In this document: piece by piece, positions 26,679 to 35,381 of the stretch
Layout: every line of letters begins with the position of its first letter
How positions within the stretch are numbered: the stretch's first letter is position 1
From: a virus
Taxonomy: Duplodnaviria; Caudoviricetes
Virus record (IMG/VR): IMGVR_UViG_3300032218_003260
Length of the DNA stretch: 64,000 nucleotides
Strand: one strand, 5' to 3'
Position numbers and translations under genes: made by a program
Notes under the pieces: model-generated
Seen by the model: only the letters and a program-made list of their open reading frames with translations
Databases searched by the model: none
Told to the model about the DNA's origin: nothing

Positions 26679-27320
26679 TTAAACCAAAATAGGACCAATC
26701 GCCTTTTGAACATGCTCCGGCAAGACACAAAACTTCAGGCGGCTAATTGCCTTGTAGTCGTAGTTCTTGTCTTTAGTGTCGGAATAGTTCAGCAACCACA
26801 AAAACGGGGCCTCGACCCAGCTCTGCAGAATATGGCCTGTCTTTCTCAATTTTTTCAGGTGAGTAAACAAGCCTTCCCGCCCGTCGAAATGCCCAGCCCA
26901 GACGCCGGGCGCCACATAACCGCCTGACGATCGAATCTCGTACGGAGCCGCACGCGACGCCGGCATCCAGTTGTAGTACACCTGCGTCATATTCACATGT
27001 TTGCGATCGTAAGATTCGGACGTAAGCAGCACCCCGTCTGAATGCCACCAGATTTCGTAAACATCTTTTTTGTCGCCGTGAGTTTCGTGGTACACCTTCT
27101 CAAACCGGCGGCGCTCAACAACGTCGGCGAATTCATCGTAATGTATGCTGAAGTGCGTATCGTCGAGCACACTGAATACGTCCGCTTTTTGCTGTTGAAC
27201 ATCCTGCAACAGCATCATGCCCAGCGCAACTGATTGCGGGCCTACGCCGAGCTTTTTTTCAGCCTCAGCGAGCGAATCCCGTTTCAGCAGCGCCAATGCG
27301 TGTTCTTCCAGCGCGTTCAT
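26679..27320 (-). CDS. hypothetical protein
   Basis: ATG 27320 with AGGAG RBS. Confidence 0.65.
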   Translation of the reverse strand: MNALEEHALALLKRDSLAEAEKKLGVGPQSVALGMMLLQDVQQQKADVFSVLDDTHFSIHYDEFADVVERRRFEKVYHETHGDKKDVYEIWWHSDGVLLTSESYDRKHVNMTQVYYNWMPASRAAPYEIRSSGGYVAPGVWAGHFDGREGLFTHLKKLRKTGHILQSWVEAPFLWLLNYSDTKDKNYDYKAISRLKFCVLPEHVQKAIGPILV

Positions 27321-27337
27321 AAGTTCTCCTCTTTGAG

Positions 27338-27952
27338 TTAATCCCACAGGGCTTGGTAGTACTTACCGAACAGAGTCGTTCCACGGCGGATACGCTCCTC
27401 GTGTGCTTTCAATCCATCGAAATCGCACTTCACCCGCTTCATGTGCTCGGTGATGTTATCTACATCCGCCAACTCGTCCCGACCCTGCCAGAACTGATCG
27501 TCATGATCCGGGTCGTTCAACTGCTCGAACGCCCAGATCATCTCACCTATGATCCACTCCCAACGCTTTTCATGGTTCTGGTCAGGGGCGCTGCAATTCT
27601 TCTCTTCTTCAGTCAGCGCCGGCGCAGCGCTTGACCGAAGCTCTTCCGGTACATCCTCGTCATCAGTAAAGGGATACCCGTGCTGGGTCGCCTTTAGCTG
27701 CTTGAGCAAGGGAAGGATGATCGGCGCCAAGGTGCTATCGACGCTCCACGTGTCGTAGTAGTGCAGCTTGACGACAACCTTCTGCTTGCGGAACCGACCG
27801 TGAAACCACTCGCAGAACTCGCCAAACCGCGTGTTGTTTAACCACTCGCCGATCTTGTAGCAGCGGTCTTCAGAGACGCCAACCCACTGCAACAGGTCAG
27901 CAATCTGATACGGCCCCCACCACTTGGGAGACTTACCGATGTAAACCTTCAT
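27338..27952 (-). CDS. conserved-looking phage hypothetical protein
   Basis: MKVYIGK...DTWSVDSTLAPIILPLLKQLK...W..II..MIWAF...LFGKYYQALWD. Confidence 0.7.
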   Translation of the reverse strand: MKVYIGKSPKWWGPYQIADLLQWVGVSEDRCYKIGEWLNNTRFGEFCEWFHGRFRKQKVVVKLHYYDTWSVDSTLAPIILPLLKQLKATQHGYPFTDDEDVPEELRSSAAPALTEEEKNCSAPDQNHEKRWEWIIGEMIWAFEQLNDPDHDDQFWQGRDELADVDNITEHMKRVKCDFDGLKAHEERIRRGTTLFGKYYQALWD

Positions 27953-27962
27953 AGCGTCCTTT

Positions 27963-28253
27963 CTAATCGTTAAACCTTTGCCACTGATGCTGGCAATTCG
28001 GGCATTCCCAATACGACACGCCGTCGTAGTGCTTGGGGTGGCTGATCGGTAGCTGGACGCCGATCAGCCGGCTGAACTTGTAAGGCGGCGAATAGCACTG
28101 CGCGATGTATTCACGCAGGTCTTCGTCGCTCTTGTCTTTGCACCAGTCCTGCCCGCGCAAGACCGTAAAGATATCTCCTGCACACCAATCAGCCTCACAC
28201 TCCGGGCAATGCCCAAAGTGATCAAGCGTGGCTGTTTTTTCATTCAGCAACAT
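27963..28253 (-). CDS. Zn-ribbon hypothetical protein
   Basis: CPEC and CPNC pairs. Confidence 0.65.
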   Translation of the reverse strand: MLLNEKTATLDHFGHCPECEADWCAGDIFTVLRGQDWCKDKSDEDLREYIAQCYSPPYKFSRLIGVQLPISHPKHYDGVSYWECPNCQHQWQRFND

Positions 28254-28485
28254 TGGTCAACTCCTGTGGCTTACAGACGACAAATTTATCAACGCTGGGC
28301 AGAATGTTTAACGTTCGACCGTTGTCCCACTTAACGCCGATTTGGTGCCATTCTGCTGGACCGTCCAGCGAGAGATACACAATTGTCCCTTTTAATCCTG
28401 CGGGCATGCCCTCTTCAACCGGAATTGTTTTTGAGTCCGGGTTTGTCATGGGGGCCAGCAATTTGATGCGATCGCCGATTTTCAA
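28240..28485 (-). CDS. DUF4314-like small beta-barrel protein
   Basis: GDRIKL...G..GTI...QIGVKWDNGRTLNILP..DKF. Confidence 0.65.
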   Translation of the reverse strand: MKIGDRIKLLAPMTNPDSKTIPVEEGMPAGLKGTIVYLSLDGPAEWHQIGVKWDNGRTLNILPSVDKFVVCKPQELTNVAE

Positions 28486-28499
28486 CAGATGTGCCTTTC

Positions 28500-28780
28500 A
28501 AAAAAAAAGAAAAACCGGGCGGGTCGATTTACGCCCCCAACCCTATAACCCAAGACGAGCTGCAGCTCTTCTTGGAACCCCTCCACGTCGGCAGCACGCC
28601 ACGAGATTCCCGCAGCGGTATCCGATGGTAAGGAGTACCCGGTTAGACAACGGTGCGCTCAGGTATGCTAGCTGGCGCTGGATATAGGACTTTGGGCTCG
28701 GGCATACCAATCCACCCTAGTTTCCCGGGACCTGCAATCGGCTGTTACCGACGCAGCATTATCCCTTCATCCCCGTTGTT
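28500..28780 (-). ncRNA. candidate structured RNA of about 260 nt immediately downstream of the tmRNA
   Basis: No ORF. Stems GGTATGC/GCATACC, CCAAGA..GAGC/GCTC..TCTTGG, CTGC..TCGG/CCGA..GCAG, GGTA.TCC/GGA.TACC; ends in a long U-tract. Confidence 0.5.
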
Positions 28781-28782
28781 TA

Positions 28783-29126
28783 TGGAGGCGGCGGGAATCG
28801 AACCCGCGTCCAGAGATAGCTCCAGAAAGAACGTCTACGTGTGTAGGCAGTTGTTGTTTACACTCCTGCCAAAGTTAGCCGATTATCGGCGTCAGGTGGG
28901 CTACCACCATCTTGCCCTTTCTTGCTGGGCCAGATCAGCCGATTATCGGCGTCAACCTGATTGGGCAATAAGGCTCAGGTCGCCTCACCCGCTGGCCTAA
29001 AACTAGGCAGCGAGGGCCGGTGCAAAAGCGCCAGCTAGAAACGTAATCGGCTTTTAACGTGGCCAACCGATCAACCACGACACGCAGTCCTAACCTTCCT
29101 TATCCTGTCGATACCAGTACGCCCCC
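28783..29126 (-). ncRNA. ssrA: tmRNA (one-piece, 344 nt)
   Basis: 5' GGGGGCGUACUGGUAUCGAC. 3' T-arm GCGGGUUCGAUUCCCGC plus CGCCUCCA, giving a G3-U acceptor pair. Tag ORF 29032-29003 encodes GAFAPALAA*. Confidence 0.95.
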
Positions 29127-29131
29127 GGTTT

Positions 29132-29317
29132 TTACGAAGTTATTACCGCAGGAAGCGGCGTTATTTCGTAAGCGCGGCCATAGTAGTAACCGTGCCAGAA
29201 GTCATCAAAATGCTCGTCAGCAATTGCCGCTTCCGCCATGGTCGCGGCCTGCTCGGCGTTCATTTTCAGCACGCGACAATTGTTACCGAGCGTTTCAGCG
29301 TATTCTACAACAGTCAT
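29132..29317 (-). CDS. hypothetical protein (61 aa)
   Basis: GAGGA RBS, ATG 29317. Confidence 0.5.
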   Translation of the reverse strand: MTVVEYAETLGNNCRVLKMNAEQAATMAEAAIADEHFDDFWHGYYYGRAYEITPLPAVITS

Positions 29318-29377
29318 GATGTCCTCATAAAAGAAATAAAACAGTCGATACCAGTGCGGACCTAATTTTGAATTGAA

Positions 29378-29783
29378 TGGCTGGTTGAGAAGGCAACCAT
29401 TTACCCAAGCCCAACACCTAGCGAATGCGTTGGCACCATCGCGAAAGTCTCGACTCAGGGATGTGGTGCTAACGGGCATACTGGGTTTGCGGGGCTTGCA
29501 CGGTAACGAGTGATGTTACCCAAATAAGTGCTTACCTAGCCGCATAACAGTATTGCTACTACCCTCCCACAACATTAAGGAGCATAACTTCCCCCCGCAT
29601 TTCGCAGCGCTGTACACACGCTGCCGAGACAATAACCCGGGCGGGAGTCGAACCCGCAAGCCTTTCGGCACTGGAACCTAAATCCAGCGCGTCTGCCAGT
29701 TCCGCCACCGAGTTGAAAGATGTGGCTGGTTGATAGGGCAACCATTTAACCAAGCCCAACACCTAGCGAATGCGTTGGCACCA
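29378..29783. repeat. 61-bp near-identical direct repeat at 29378-29438 and 29723-29783
   Basis: TGGCTGGTTGA..GGCAACCATTTA.CCAAGCCCAACACCTAGCGAATGCGTTGGCACCA; differences fall mainly in a hairpin loop. Confidence 0.85.
29633..29714 (-). tRNA. tRNA-Leu(UAG)
   Basis: Cloverleaf with long variable arm; anticodon arm CTGGA-TTTAGGT-TCCAG; no encoded CCA. Confidence 0.92.
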
Positions 29784-29796
29784 CAATTTGTTTGTA

Positions 29797-29973
29797 CTAG
29801 ACGAGCTGCGGCCGAAGCTGTTTTTCAACTTCGGCTCTCAGATTTTCGACTGCCTCCAGACACTTCTGGCGGTTCTCGGGAGTTACGCTCTCGGCGTCCG
29901 CGATCGCTCGACGCGTCCAAGTCGTGCAATCTAAAATCGCCAACACTTGCGCCGGCGTCAAATGAAAAACCAT
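29797..29973 (-). CDS. hypothetical protein (58 aa)
   Basis: Not in the ORF track. AAAGGA RBS; MVFHLTPAQVLAILDC... Confidence 0.55.
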   Translation of the reverse strand: MVFHLTPAQVLAILDCTTWTRRAIADAESVTPENRQKCLEAVENLRAEVEKQLRPQLV

Positions 29974-29996
29974 TTGGTTCCTTTCTGTTAAAAAAG

Positions 29997-30233
29997 CTAT
30001 GACCCCATGAGCGTTGCGACTTGATCCAGCGTCGCGTTCTTCAAATCAAACGGCGCAGACCAATTGCCGGCGATTTCGATCGGCGTTTCGCTCTTGAGGA
30101 TAATGACGCGCACGAAATCATCCCGGCCATGACAATCGGACAACGCCGTCTTTGCAGCGTCCATGTCGTCGCTCTCGACGATAGCGACGCCAAAACCGGC
30201 ATTGCCCGGAACAAAACCCAACGCTGCAATCAT
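29997..30233 (-). CDS. hypothetical protein
   Basis: AAGGAGG RBS. Confidence 0.6.
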   Translation of the reverse strand: MIAALGFVPGNAGFGVAIVESDDMDAAKTALSDCHGRDDFVRVIILKSETPIEIAGNWSAPFDLKNATLDQVATLMGS

Positions 30234-30273
30234 GTTTTCCTCCTTCGCGTGGTGTTAAAAACAATCGCACCAT

Positions 30274-30346
30274 TGACCCCACGGGGATTCGAACCCCGGT
30301 AAACGGAACGAAAATCCGTTGTCCTAGGCCACTAGACGATGGGGCC
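30274..30346 (-). tRNA. tRNA-Glu(UUC)
   Basis: Cloverleaf; ACGGA-TTTTCGT-TCCGT. Confidence 0.92.
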
Positions 30347-30355
30347 AGTGTCGTC

Positions 30356-30541
30356 TCAGTCTACCTTTTCGACGTTTAACGCGATAAGAAAACCGCACAT
30401 TTGCGCGAACGTGATCAGCTGCTTCTCTTTGAGTTTGAAGAAATCTGCAAAGTGAGCAAACAGATCGCAGGGCGACAAGTCTGTGGGGTTCTGCGTTTCG
30501 CGCAACTTAGATATCAATTCGGCTGCTCGTTCCAGTGTCAT
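30356..30541 (-). CDS. hypothetical protein (61 aa)
   Basis: AAGGAG RBS, ATG 30541. Confidence 0.55.
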   Translation of the reverse strand: MTLERAAELISKLRETQNPTDLSPCDLFAHFADFFKLKEKQLITFAQMCGFLIALNVEKVD

Positions 30542-30577
30542 CTCGCTGCTCCTTCGTGTAAAGATAACAAAACCCAA

Positions 30578-30648
30578 TGGGCCGCCAAGGAATCGAACCT
30601 TGCATCGCGAGTTAATAAGACTCGCTTGCCTACCAGTTTCCGCGGCCC
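30578..30648 (-). tRNA. atypical tRNA-Ile(UAU), possibly a pseudo-tRNA
   Basis: Perfect acceptor stem GGGCCGC/GCGGCCC and T-arm; anticodon loop CUUAUUA; short non-pairing D-arm; U at position 37. Confidence 0.6.
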
Positions 30649-30711
30649 GCGTGGGTGGGGCGCCAGAGGCTTGGGCTACCTCCAGCGCCCCACCGTCAGC
30701 GAGTCTACGCT

Positions 30712-31074
30712 TCAGCGGTAGCGTTTGCACGCATACCACCGGCCATCCCTGCCACGCGCGACCCCTTGGTCTACGACCGCTCTGCCGCTGTTGCTGTAGC
30801 AGCAGTTGCCCAGCGCCTGTTCAGGCGTCGAGCCCGTGCCGACGCCTTCGTAGCCTGAGTTCCCGCCGTGATGTCCCATGCGGCCATTGCTGGCCTGAAG
30901 CTCGGCTACGCCCTGCGCCGAACCGGTGTGCCCGGCATAAGACGTAGCGTACGAGTAGGACTTGACGGGAGCCGGAACCTGAGACGGCGTGTAGTGGCGC
31001 CTATGTCGCGGGGCAGCATGCGCAACGCTGACCATCGAAAGAACGACTGCTACACACATGAGAAAACGAAACAT
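30712..31074 (-). CDS. small secreted protein, CAP-like (GHHGG...EGVG...CC)
   Basis: Signal peptide from ATG 31074; MGHHGGNSGYEGVGTGSTPEQALGNCC...WYACKRY. Confidence 0.65.
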   Translation of the reverse strand: MFRFLMCVAVVLSMVSVAHAAPRHRRHYTPSQVPAPVKSYSYATSYAGHTGSAQGVAELQASNGRMGHHGGNSGYEGVGTGSTPEQALGNCCYSNSGRAVVDQGVARGRDGRWYACKRYR

Positions 31075-31162
31075 AACGATCCTCCGTGATCCTGTCGCGG
31101 GTGTGCGCGACGTCAAAAAAAGAACCCCACACCGGGTTACACAAACAGACGGTTTCCCGTCT

Positions 31163-31537
31163 TTACGCGGCAGCGAGCTTACGGCGTTTGGCCGCAGCGC
31201 GGCGCAGCTTGACCTCCGGCAAACCCCGCGGACGGCACAATGCGTACTGTACCGCGGCAGCCAGCAGCGCGTTCGAGTTTCGCTGAGAGAACACGTATCC
31301 ACCGTTCTTGTCGTTTGCCAGAAACGGATTACCCTTCCACTTATCAGGGCTCTTGGGATACTTCTTGACACGCTCGTCGAGCCACACTTCGGCCGCATGC
31401 TGGCGAACTTTGTAGAACGTGTTCATCGCCATGGCCCGCAGACCGAGCGTGCGACGATACACATTAACCTGCTCAAAAATCTCCCGCATGAACGACCGAC
31501 AACCGCAGCCCTTGGGGGCAACAAACTGGATCTTCAT
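31163..31537 (-). CDS. hypothetical protein
   Basis: AAGGAG RBS; 124 aa. Confidence 0.6.
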   Translation of the reverse strand: MKIQFVAPKGCGCRSFMREIFEQVNVYRRTLGLRAMAMNTFYKVRQHAAEVWLDERVKKYPKSPDKWKGNPFLANDKNGGYVFSQRNSNALLAAAVQYALCRPRGLPEVKLRRAAAKRRKLAAA

Positions 31538-31663
31538 CAGAATCTCCTTCTATCATCCCTGAACTTACAGCTGTTACGCGCAGCTGTTTCCCATAGAAAT
31601 CATCGCCGCGTAAAGACGATGATTGTTTTGATATCAACGGGATTGAAGAGTAACCCGGATAAA

Positions 31664-31737
31664 TAGGCGCAAAGGGACTCGAACCCCTAACCCCCTGCAT
31701 GTAAAGCAGGTGCTCTGACCAATTGAGCTATGCGCCT
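31664..31737 (-). tRNA. tRNA-Val(UAC)
   Basis: Cloverleaf; CCTGC-TTTACAT-GCAGG. Confidence 0.93.
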
Positions 31738-31743
31738 GCGAGA

Positions 31744-32100
31744 CTACGCCTCGCGCTCTCGCTCGCGGCGTTGACGCCGACGAGCCCACGGAGACCGGTT
31801 CCAGTACCAGCCCCGCCAGCGATTGCAATACGCACGCCAGCGCCGACGCAACTTGTGATACCACTTGTTGCGGCCGATACCGGTGAGGTACTGCTGCGTC
31901 CAGAATTCCATCGACTCGTCTGACGTACCATCCACGTAGCTTTCGCCGCAGTCGAAGCATCGGTTCGCCGGCACACGATACATAGGAACTTTGTGCATTG
32001 TTCCATCAATGCGCATCGTCACGATGTCGTTGAACTCGACCGCTTCGATGCGACCACCGCAGTGAATGCACTTCAACGACTTGTAAACCGGATTACCCAT
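31744..32100 (-). CDS. YgiT/MqsA-type zinc-finger protein
   Basis: CIHCGG...VPANRCFDCGESY; GGAGG RBS at ATG 32100. Confidence 0.7.
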   Translation of the reverse strand: MGNPVYKSLKCIHCGGRIEAVEFNDIVTMRIDGTMHKVPMYRVPANRCFDCGESYVDGTSDESMEFWTQQYLTGIGRNKWYHKLRRRWRAYCNRWRGWYWNRSPWARRRQRREREREA

Positions 32101-32112
32101 ACAGCCCTCCAA

Positions 32113-32198
32113 TGGCCAAGGCGGGACTCGAACCCGCACGGGAAATTACTCCCAGCGGATTTTAAGTCCGCTGCGTCTGCCGATTTCGCCACTTAGCC
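32113..32198 (-). tRNA. tRNA-Leu(UAA)
   Basis: Cloverleaf with long variable arm; GCGGA-CTTAAAA-TCCGC. Confidence 0.94.
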
Positions 32199-32207
32199 AG
32201 CCGCCCG

Positions 32208-32504
32208 CTAGACCAGCGCAGGCTCTTGCGGAGCCGGATACTGCTCGGGATGTGCGATGTGCCGAAATCTATCTTTACCAGTACGGCTGTGCGTGCCGAA
32301 CTTGTCTCGGCTGTGCATCGCATCGCGAACGTATTCAAACGCATGTTCCAGAGTCAGAAACTGCCCGTACGTCATCGACTGCCCGGCGCCGATTTTGCCG
32401 GCGAGATCCTGCGTTATCGCAAGCATCTTTTCCAACTCGATACCGATACGCTCGTTGTAGTAATCGGCCGTAGCTTCGTTGTCATCTCGTTCTTGTGTCA
32501 CCAT
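32208..32504 (-). CDS. hypothetical protein
   Basis: About 98 aa; start uncertain (32504 or 32528). Confidence 0.5.
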   Translation of the reverse strand: MVTQERDDNEATADYYNERIGIELEKMLAITQDLAGKIGAGQSMTYGQFLTLEHAFEYVRDAMHSRDKFGTHSRTGKDRFRHIAHPEQYPAPQEPALV

Positions 32505-32715
32505 TCCAGACGTACCTCTTGTCGCCAATCTGGCACCACCACCGCTGCCCGTCGTTCCAGTAGACGGGAGTCACAGACGGAGATGGCGGTTGCAGCGTTG
32601 TCGGCGCTGGGTGCGCCTTCTGATACTCTTCATAGCTCTGCCACGCGATTCCCGCAAGCATCAGCAACGCCGTCACCAAACCAATCAGATTTCCCTTGAT
32701 TTCGATACCACTCAT
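32482..32715 (-). CDS. small membrane protein
   Basis: AAGGAGG RBS; single TM segment. Confidence 0.6.
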   Translation of the reverse strand: MSGIEIKGNLIGLVTALLMLAGIAWQSYEEYQKAHPAPTTLQPPSPSVTPVYWNDGQRWWCQIGDKRYVWNGDTRTR

Positions 32716-32764
32716 TTCAAAACCTCCTTGTTTGGAAATGACCTTTGAACAACCAATCGAACAA

Positions 32765-32837
32765 TGGGCCCTGTGGGATTCGAACCCACGACCAAAGGAT
32801 TAAAAGTCCCTTGCTCTACCAACTGAGCTAAAGGCCC
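32765..32837 (-). tRNA. tRNA-Lys(UUU)
   Basis: Cloverleaf; AGGGA-CTTTTAA-TCCTT. Confidence 0.95.
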
Positions 32838-32843
32838 ACGCGC

Positions 32844-33404
32844 TTAACGGGCGCGAACGTTCGTGAGGCGGCACGAGCCGTCCTTGCACGCCGCGGTTTC
32901 ATTCCGGGCTTGCAATTCTTCACGCTCTACTTCCTGCGGCATGCTGCCCATTTCGTGGATCAGCCATTTGCCACGAACTTTGTGCATGATCAGCCTGAAC
33001 TCGCAAAGTTCCCACGGCGGCAGCATGGCGCTGCGTTCGCGAAACTCGGAGTAGGGCAGATCTTCACCGTCTTTGCCGGCAAACGTTTCTTGCACGACAT
33101 TGACCACAGCCATTTGCCCGCGAGCGTCCGCCTCGACAAAGTCGACACGGACAACACGCATATAGCAGTCGACCTCATCAAAGAACTGCTTCAGCTCATC
33201 GGTGAACTGTTCCTGATTAGGAAAATTCGGCGTCATCGTGCCAATCACGCCTTCAACACTTTTCATGTTGCTCGCGTGAAAGTTTTCTTGCACAACGGCC
33301 TCGATGGCCTGCATCTCTTTACGACCGCGGGCGTTCATCTCGCCGCCAAAAGAAACGGTCGACAACAACACCAGAATCACAGGGGTCATGAACTTAATCA
33401 TCAT
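32844..33404 (-). CDS. secreted SnoaL/NTF2-like protein
   Basis: Signal peptide; helix-helix-beta-meander pattern ending KVRGKWLIHE. Confidence 0.6.
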   Translation of the reverse strand: MMIKFMTPVILVLLSTVSFGGEMNARGRKEMQAIEAVVQENFHASNMKSVEGVIGTMTPNFPNQEQFTDELKQFFDEVDCYMRVVRVDFVEADARGQMAVVNVVQETFAGKDGEDLPYSEFRERSAMLPPWELCEFRLIMHKVRGKWLIHEMGSMPQEVEREELQARNETAACKDGSCRLTNVRAR

Positions 33405-33585
33405 CTCGCTGACTCCTTGTTAAGCACATGTGCGCAAAGCCGCCAAAAAGCGACCAGCCCACAAATGCACCCGTTACCGCCACTGCTTCCCCCATCTGGA
33501 GAGACTGCGCGGCCATTAGCCCAATCGCCGCGCCAGTCACAGTGCAGATAACAATCAAGATCTCACGCATAATCGGGTATGGCAT
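33394..33585 (-). CDS. small two-TM membrane protein
   Basis: AAGGAGG RBS at ATG 33585. Confidence 0.6.
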   Translation of the reverse strand: MPYPIMREILIVICTVTGAAIGLMAAQSLQMGEAVAVTGAFVGWSLFGGFAHMCLTRSQRDDD

Positions 33586-33685
33586 GGCATCCTCCTTGCT
33601 TAGCCCGAATGAGTGCCAAAATCCGCAGACACGTATCTGCGGGGGCACAAGGAATATGCCCGAATATTGCCAAAAATTTAGGCAA

Positions 33686-34828
33686 TTAGGCCGGGGCGCA
33701 AACAAGCCCATCACATCGTTTATGCTCGACCCAATCGGGCGGCAAAGTGTACCAGCCTTTGTCGTACAGCTGATAGATTTTTTGAAAAGCTTCGTCGTAC
33801 ATGGCGCCACATGCTTCGAGGCTGTATGTGCGCCGGGCGGCCTGCGCAATAGCTACACGATCAAGGTCGTGGACTTTGCTGAGCGCTTGCATCCAGTCAG
33901 CCAGCGTTTTACAGCGAAACCCGTTAACGCCTTGCTGTACGGTTTCTGTGAACGCGCCGTAGTCTGTGGCAATCAGCGGCGTACCACATAGCAGCCCTTC
34001 TACACCAGAACCGCCAAACGGTTCGATAAAGTTCGTGGGCATGAGCGAGCAGATAGCGTTGCGCATAAACTCGCTGCGCTCACGCCCGGCGATAGGCCCG
34101 CGGTAAATAATGTTTGGGTGCGCCCAGCGTGTGTGATCGCCCTGCCCGCACAACACGATTTTGGCGCCTTTGTTGATATTGGGTAGATACTTGGCAATCT
34201 CATATAACGTGTCGAGACCCTTGCACGCGTCAATGCGCCCAAGAAAAGCGTAGTACGAACCGGGCTTAAAGCTCGGCTGCCAGTCATCTATATCAAAATA
34301 GTTCGGGATTACGAACTCGTAATGCGCGCCCTGTCGGCCGTCTTTGCCGGCGTGGTAGTGCCGCCACGCATAGCTTTCAAATATCTTAATCGTGCCGTCT
34401 ACAAGCGTCGGATACCCAATGCCTGTTTCGACATGCGTGTTGTTGGGAAAATCGCGGAGCAACCGAGAATGTGCGTGGCCGAACGGATGGCAGATAATAT
34501 CCCGCGGTTTGACCCTTTGTTGCATCGCGGCAATCAGCCGTTGTTCAAATAATCCGTGATGTGGCGTGCCAACTGCGGCGTCATCTCCGTGAAACGATTT
34601 TTTGTCGCGGTTGCCCAACATGTTGTCAAACTCGTCATGTGTGAGCATTTCGACTTTTTCATCAGCCAGACTTTCACTACCGGCGTTGGCGTACTCAATC
34701 ACGCGATAGCCATACATGCGCATCATTTTAGAAAAGCGCAGTGCTTTGCCGGTGAACGCACAGTGCGAATACGCCGCTGTGTGCTTTGTGTGAAAAATAC
34801 CAACGAGATGCAATGTCGGCCGTGACAT
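33686..34828 (-). CDS. GT-B (family 4-like) glycosyltransferase
   Basis: FLGRIDACKG; EPFGGSGVEGLLCGTPLIATDYGAFTE. Confidence 0.9.
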   Translation of the reverse strand: MSRPTLHLVGIFHTKHTAAYSHCAFTGKALRFSKMMRMYGYRVIEYANAGSESLADEKVEMLTHDEFDNMLGNRDKKSFHGDDAAVGTPHHGLFEQRLIAAMQQRVKPRDIICHPFGHAHSRLLRDFPNNTHVETGIGYPTLVDGTIKIFESYAWRHYHAGKDGRQGAHYEFVIPNYFDIDDWQPSFKPGSYYAFLGRIDACKGLDTLYEIAKYLPNINKGAKIVLCGQGDHTRWAHPNIIYRGPIAGRERSEFMRNAICSLMPTNFIEPFGGSGVEGLLCGTPLIATDYGAFTETVQQGVNGFRCKTLADWMQALSKVHDLDRVAIAQAARRTYSLEACGAMYDEAFQKIYQLYDKGWYTLPPDWVEHKRCDGLVCAPA

Positions 34829-34836
34829 AGTGAGTC

Positions 34837-35277
34837 CTAGCGATCAAACGGTAAAAATTGCTGCCGAGGATTTGGTGCAGTTGTTTTGTTCAGCTGCAAT
34901 TCTTTACCTGCGGCGATAAGACTGACGGCAAGCTTGTTACGGGATTCTTGCGTTGGGGTTGCAATAAACAGACTGTACTCTCCGCGCGGACCAAAGAACA
35001 CTGTCGCGCCGGCGTTATCTGTTTTCAGCGTACTGGGCGCGTTAATACCCAGTAGGCTTTTTAGATAGTTATTCTCCGCCACAATCGCTGAAATCGCAGC
35101 AGCCAGTTCGCTGATTTTTTCGTTTTTGAAACCGACAAAGCGAACGCCGCTTTTTGCAATTTCCAGCAGCTTTGTGACCACCCATGAGCTGTCGTCGAGT
35201 AATGCGATCAGCGTTTCCGCACTCATCATTTCTTCTCTCGGCCGATCGCACTTTTTGTTGTTGGCGCAGCAACCCAT
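34837..35277 (-). CDS. hypothetical protein
   Basis: AAAGGA RBS at ATG 35277. Confidence 0.55.
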   Translation of the reverse strand: MGCCANNKKCDRPREEMMSAETLIALLDDSSWVVTKLLEIAKSGVRFVGFKNEKISELAAAISAIVAENNYLKSLLGINAPSTLKTDNAGATVFFGPRGEYSLFIATPTQESRNKLAVSLIAAGKELQLNKTTAPNPRQQFLPFDR

Positions 35278-35380
35278 GGCGTTTCCTTTGATAGTAATAG
35301 GTGTCACGATATGCGACATACAAAATCAGGCCGGCCCAGACGATCATCGCGCCGATAAAAATAACCCATTTAGCGAGCAT
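35069..35380 (-). CDS. possible small membrane protein
   Basis: N-terminal TM segment; the 3' part overlaps the next gene. Confidence 0.35.
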   Translation of the reverse strand: MLAKWVIFIGAMIVWAGLILYVAYRDTYYYQRKRHGLLRQQQKVRSAERRNDECGNADRITRRQLMGGHKAAGNCKKRRSLCRFQKRKNQRTGCCDFSDCGGE

Positions 35381-35381
35381 G

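Noticed and set aside
29440-29632. Additional tRNA between the direct repeats
   Set aside because: Only isolated hairpins are present; there is no T-loop or acceptor stem.
30578-30648. Ochre suppressor tRNA (anticodon UUA)
   Set aside because: With the 5-bp stem CGAGU/ACUCG, the 7-nt loop CUUAUUA places UAU at positions 34-36.
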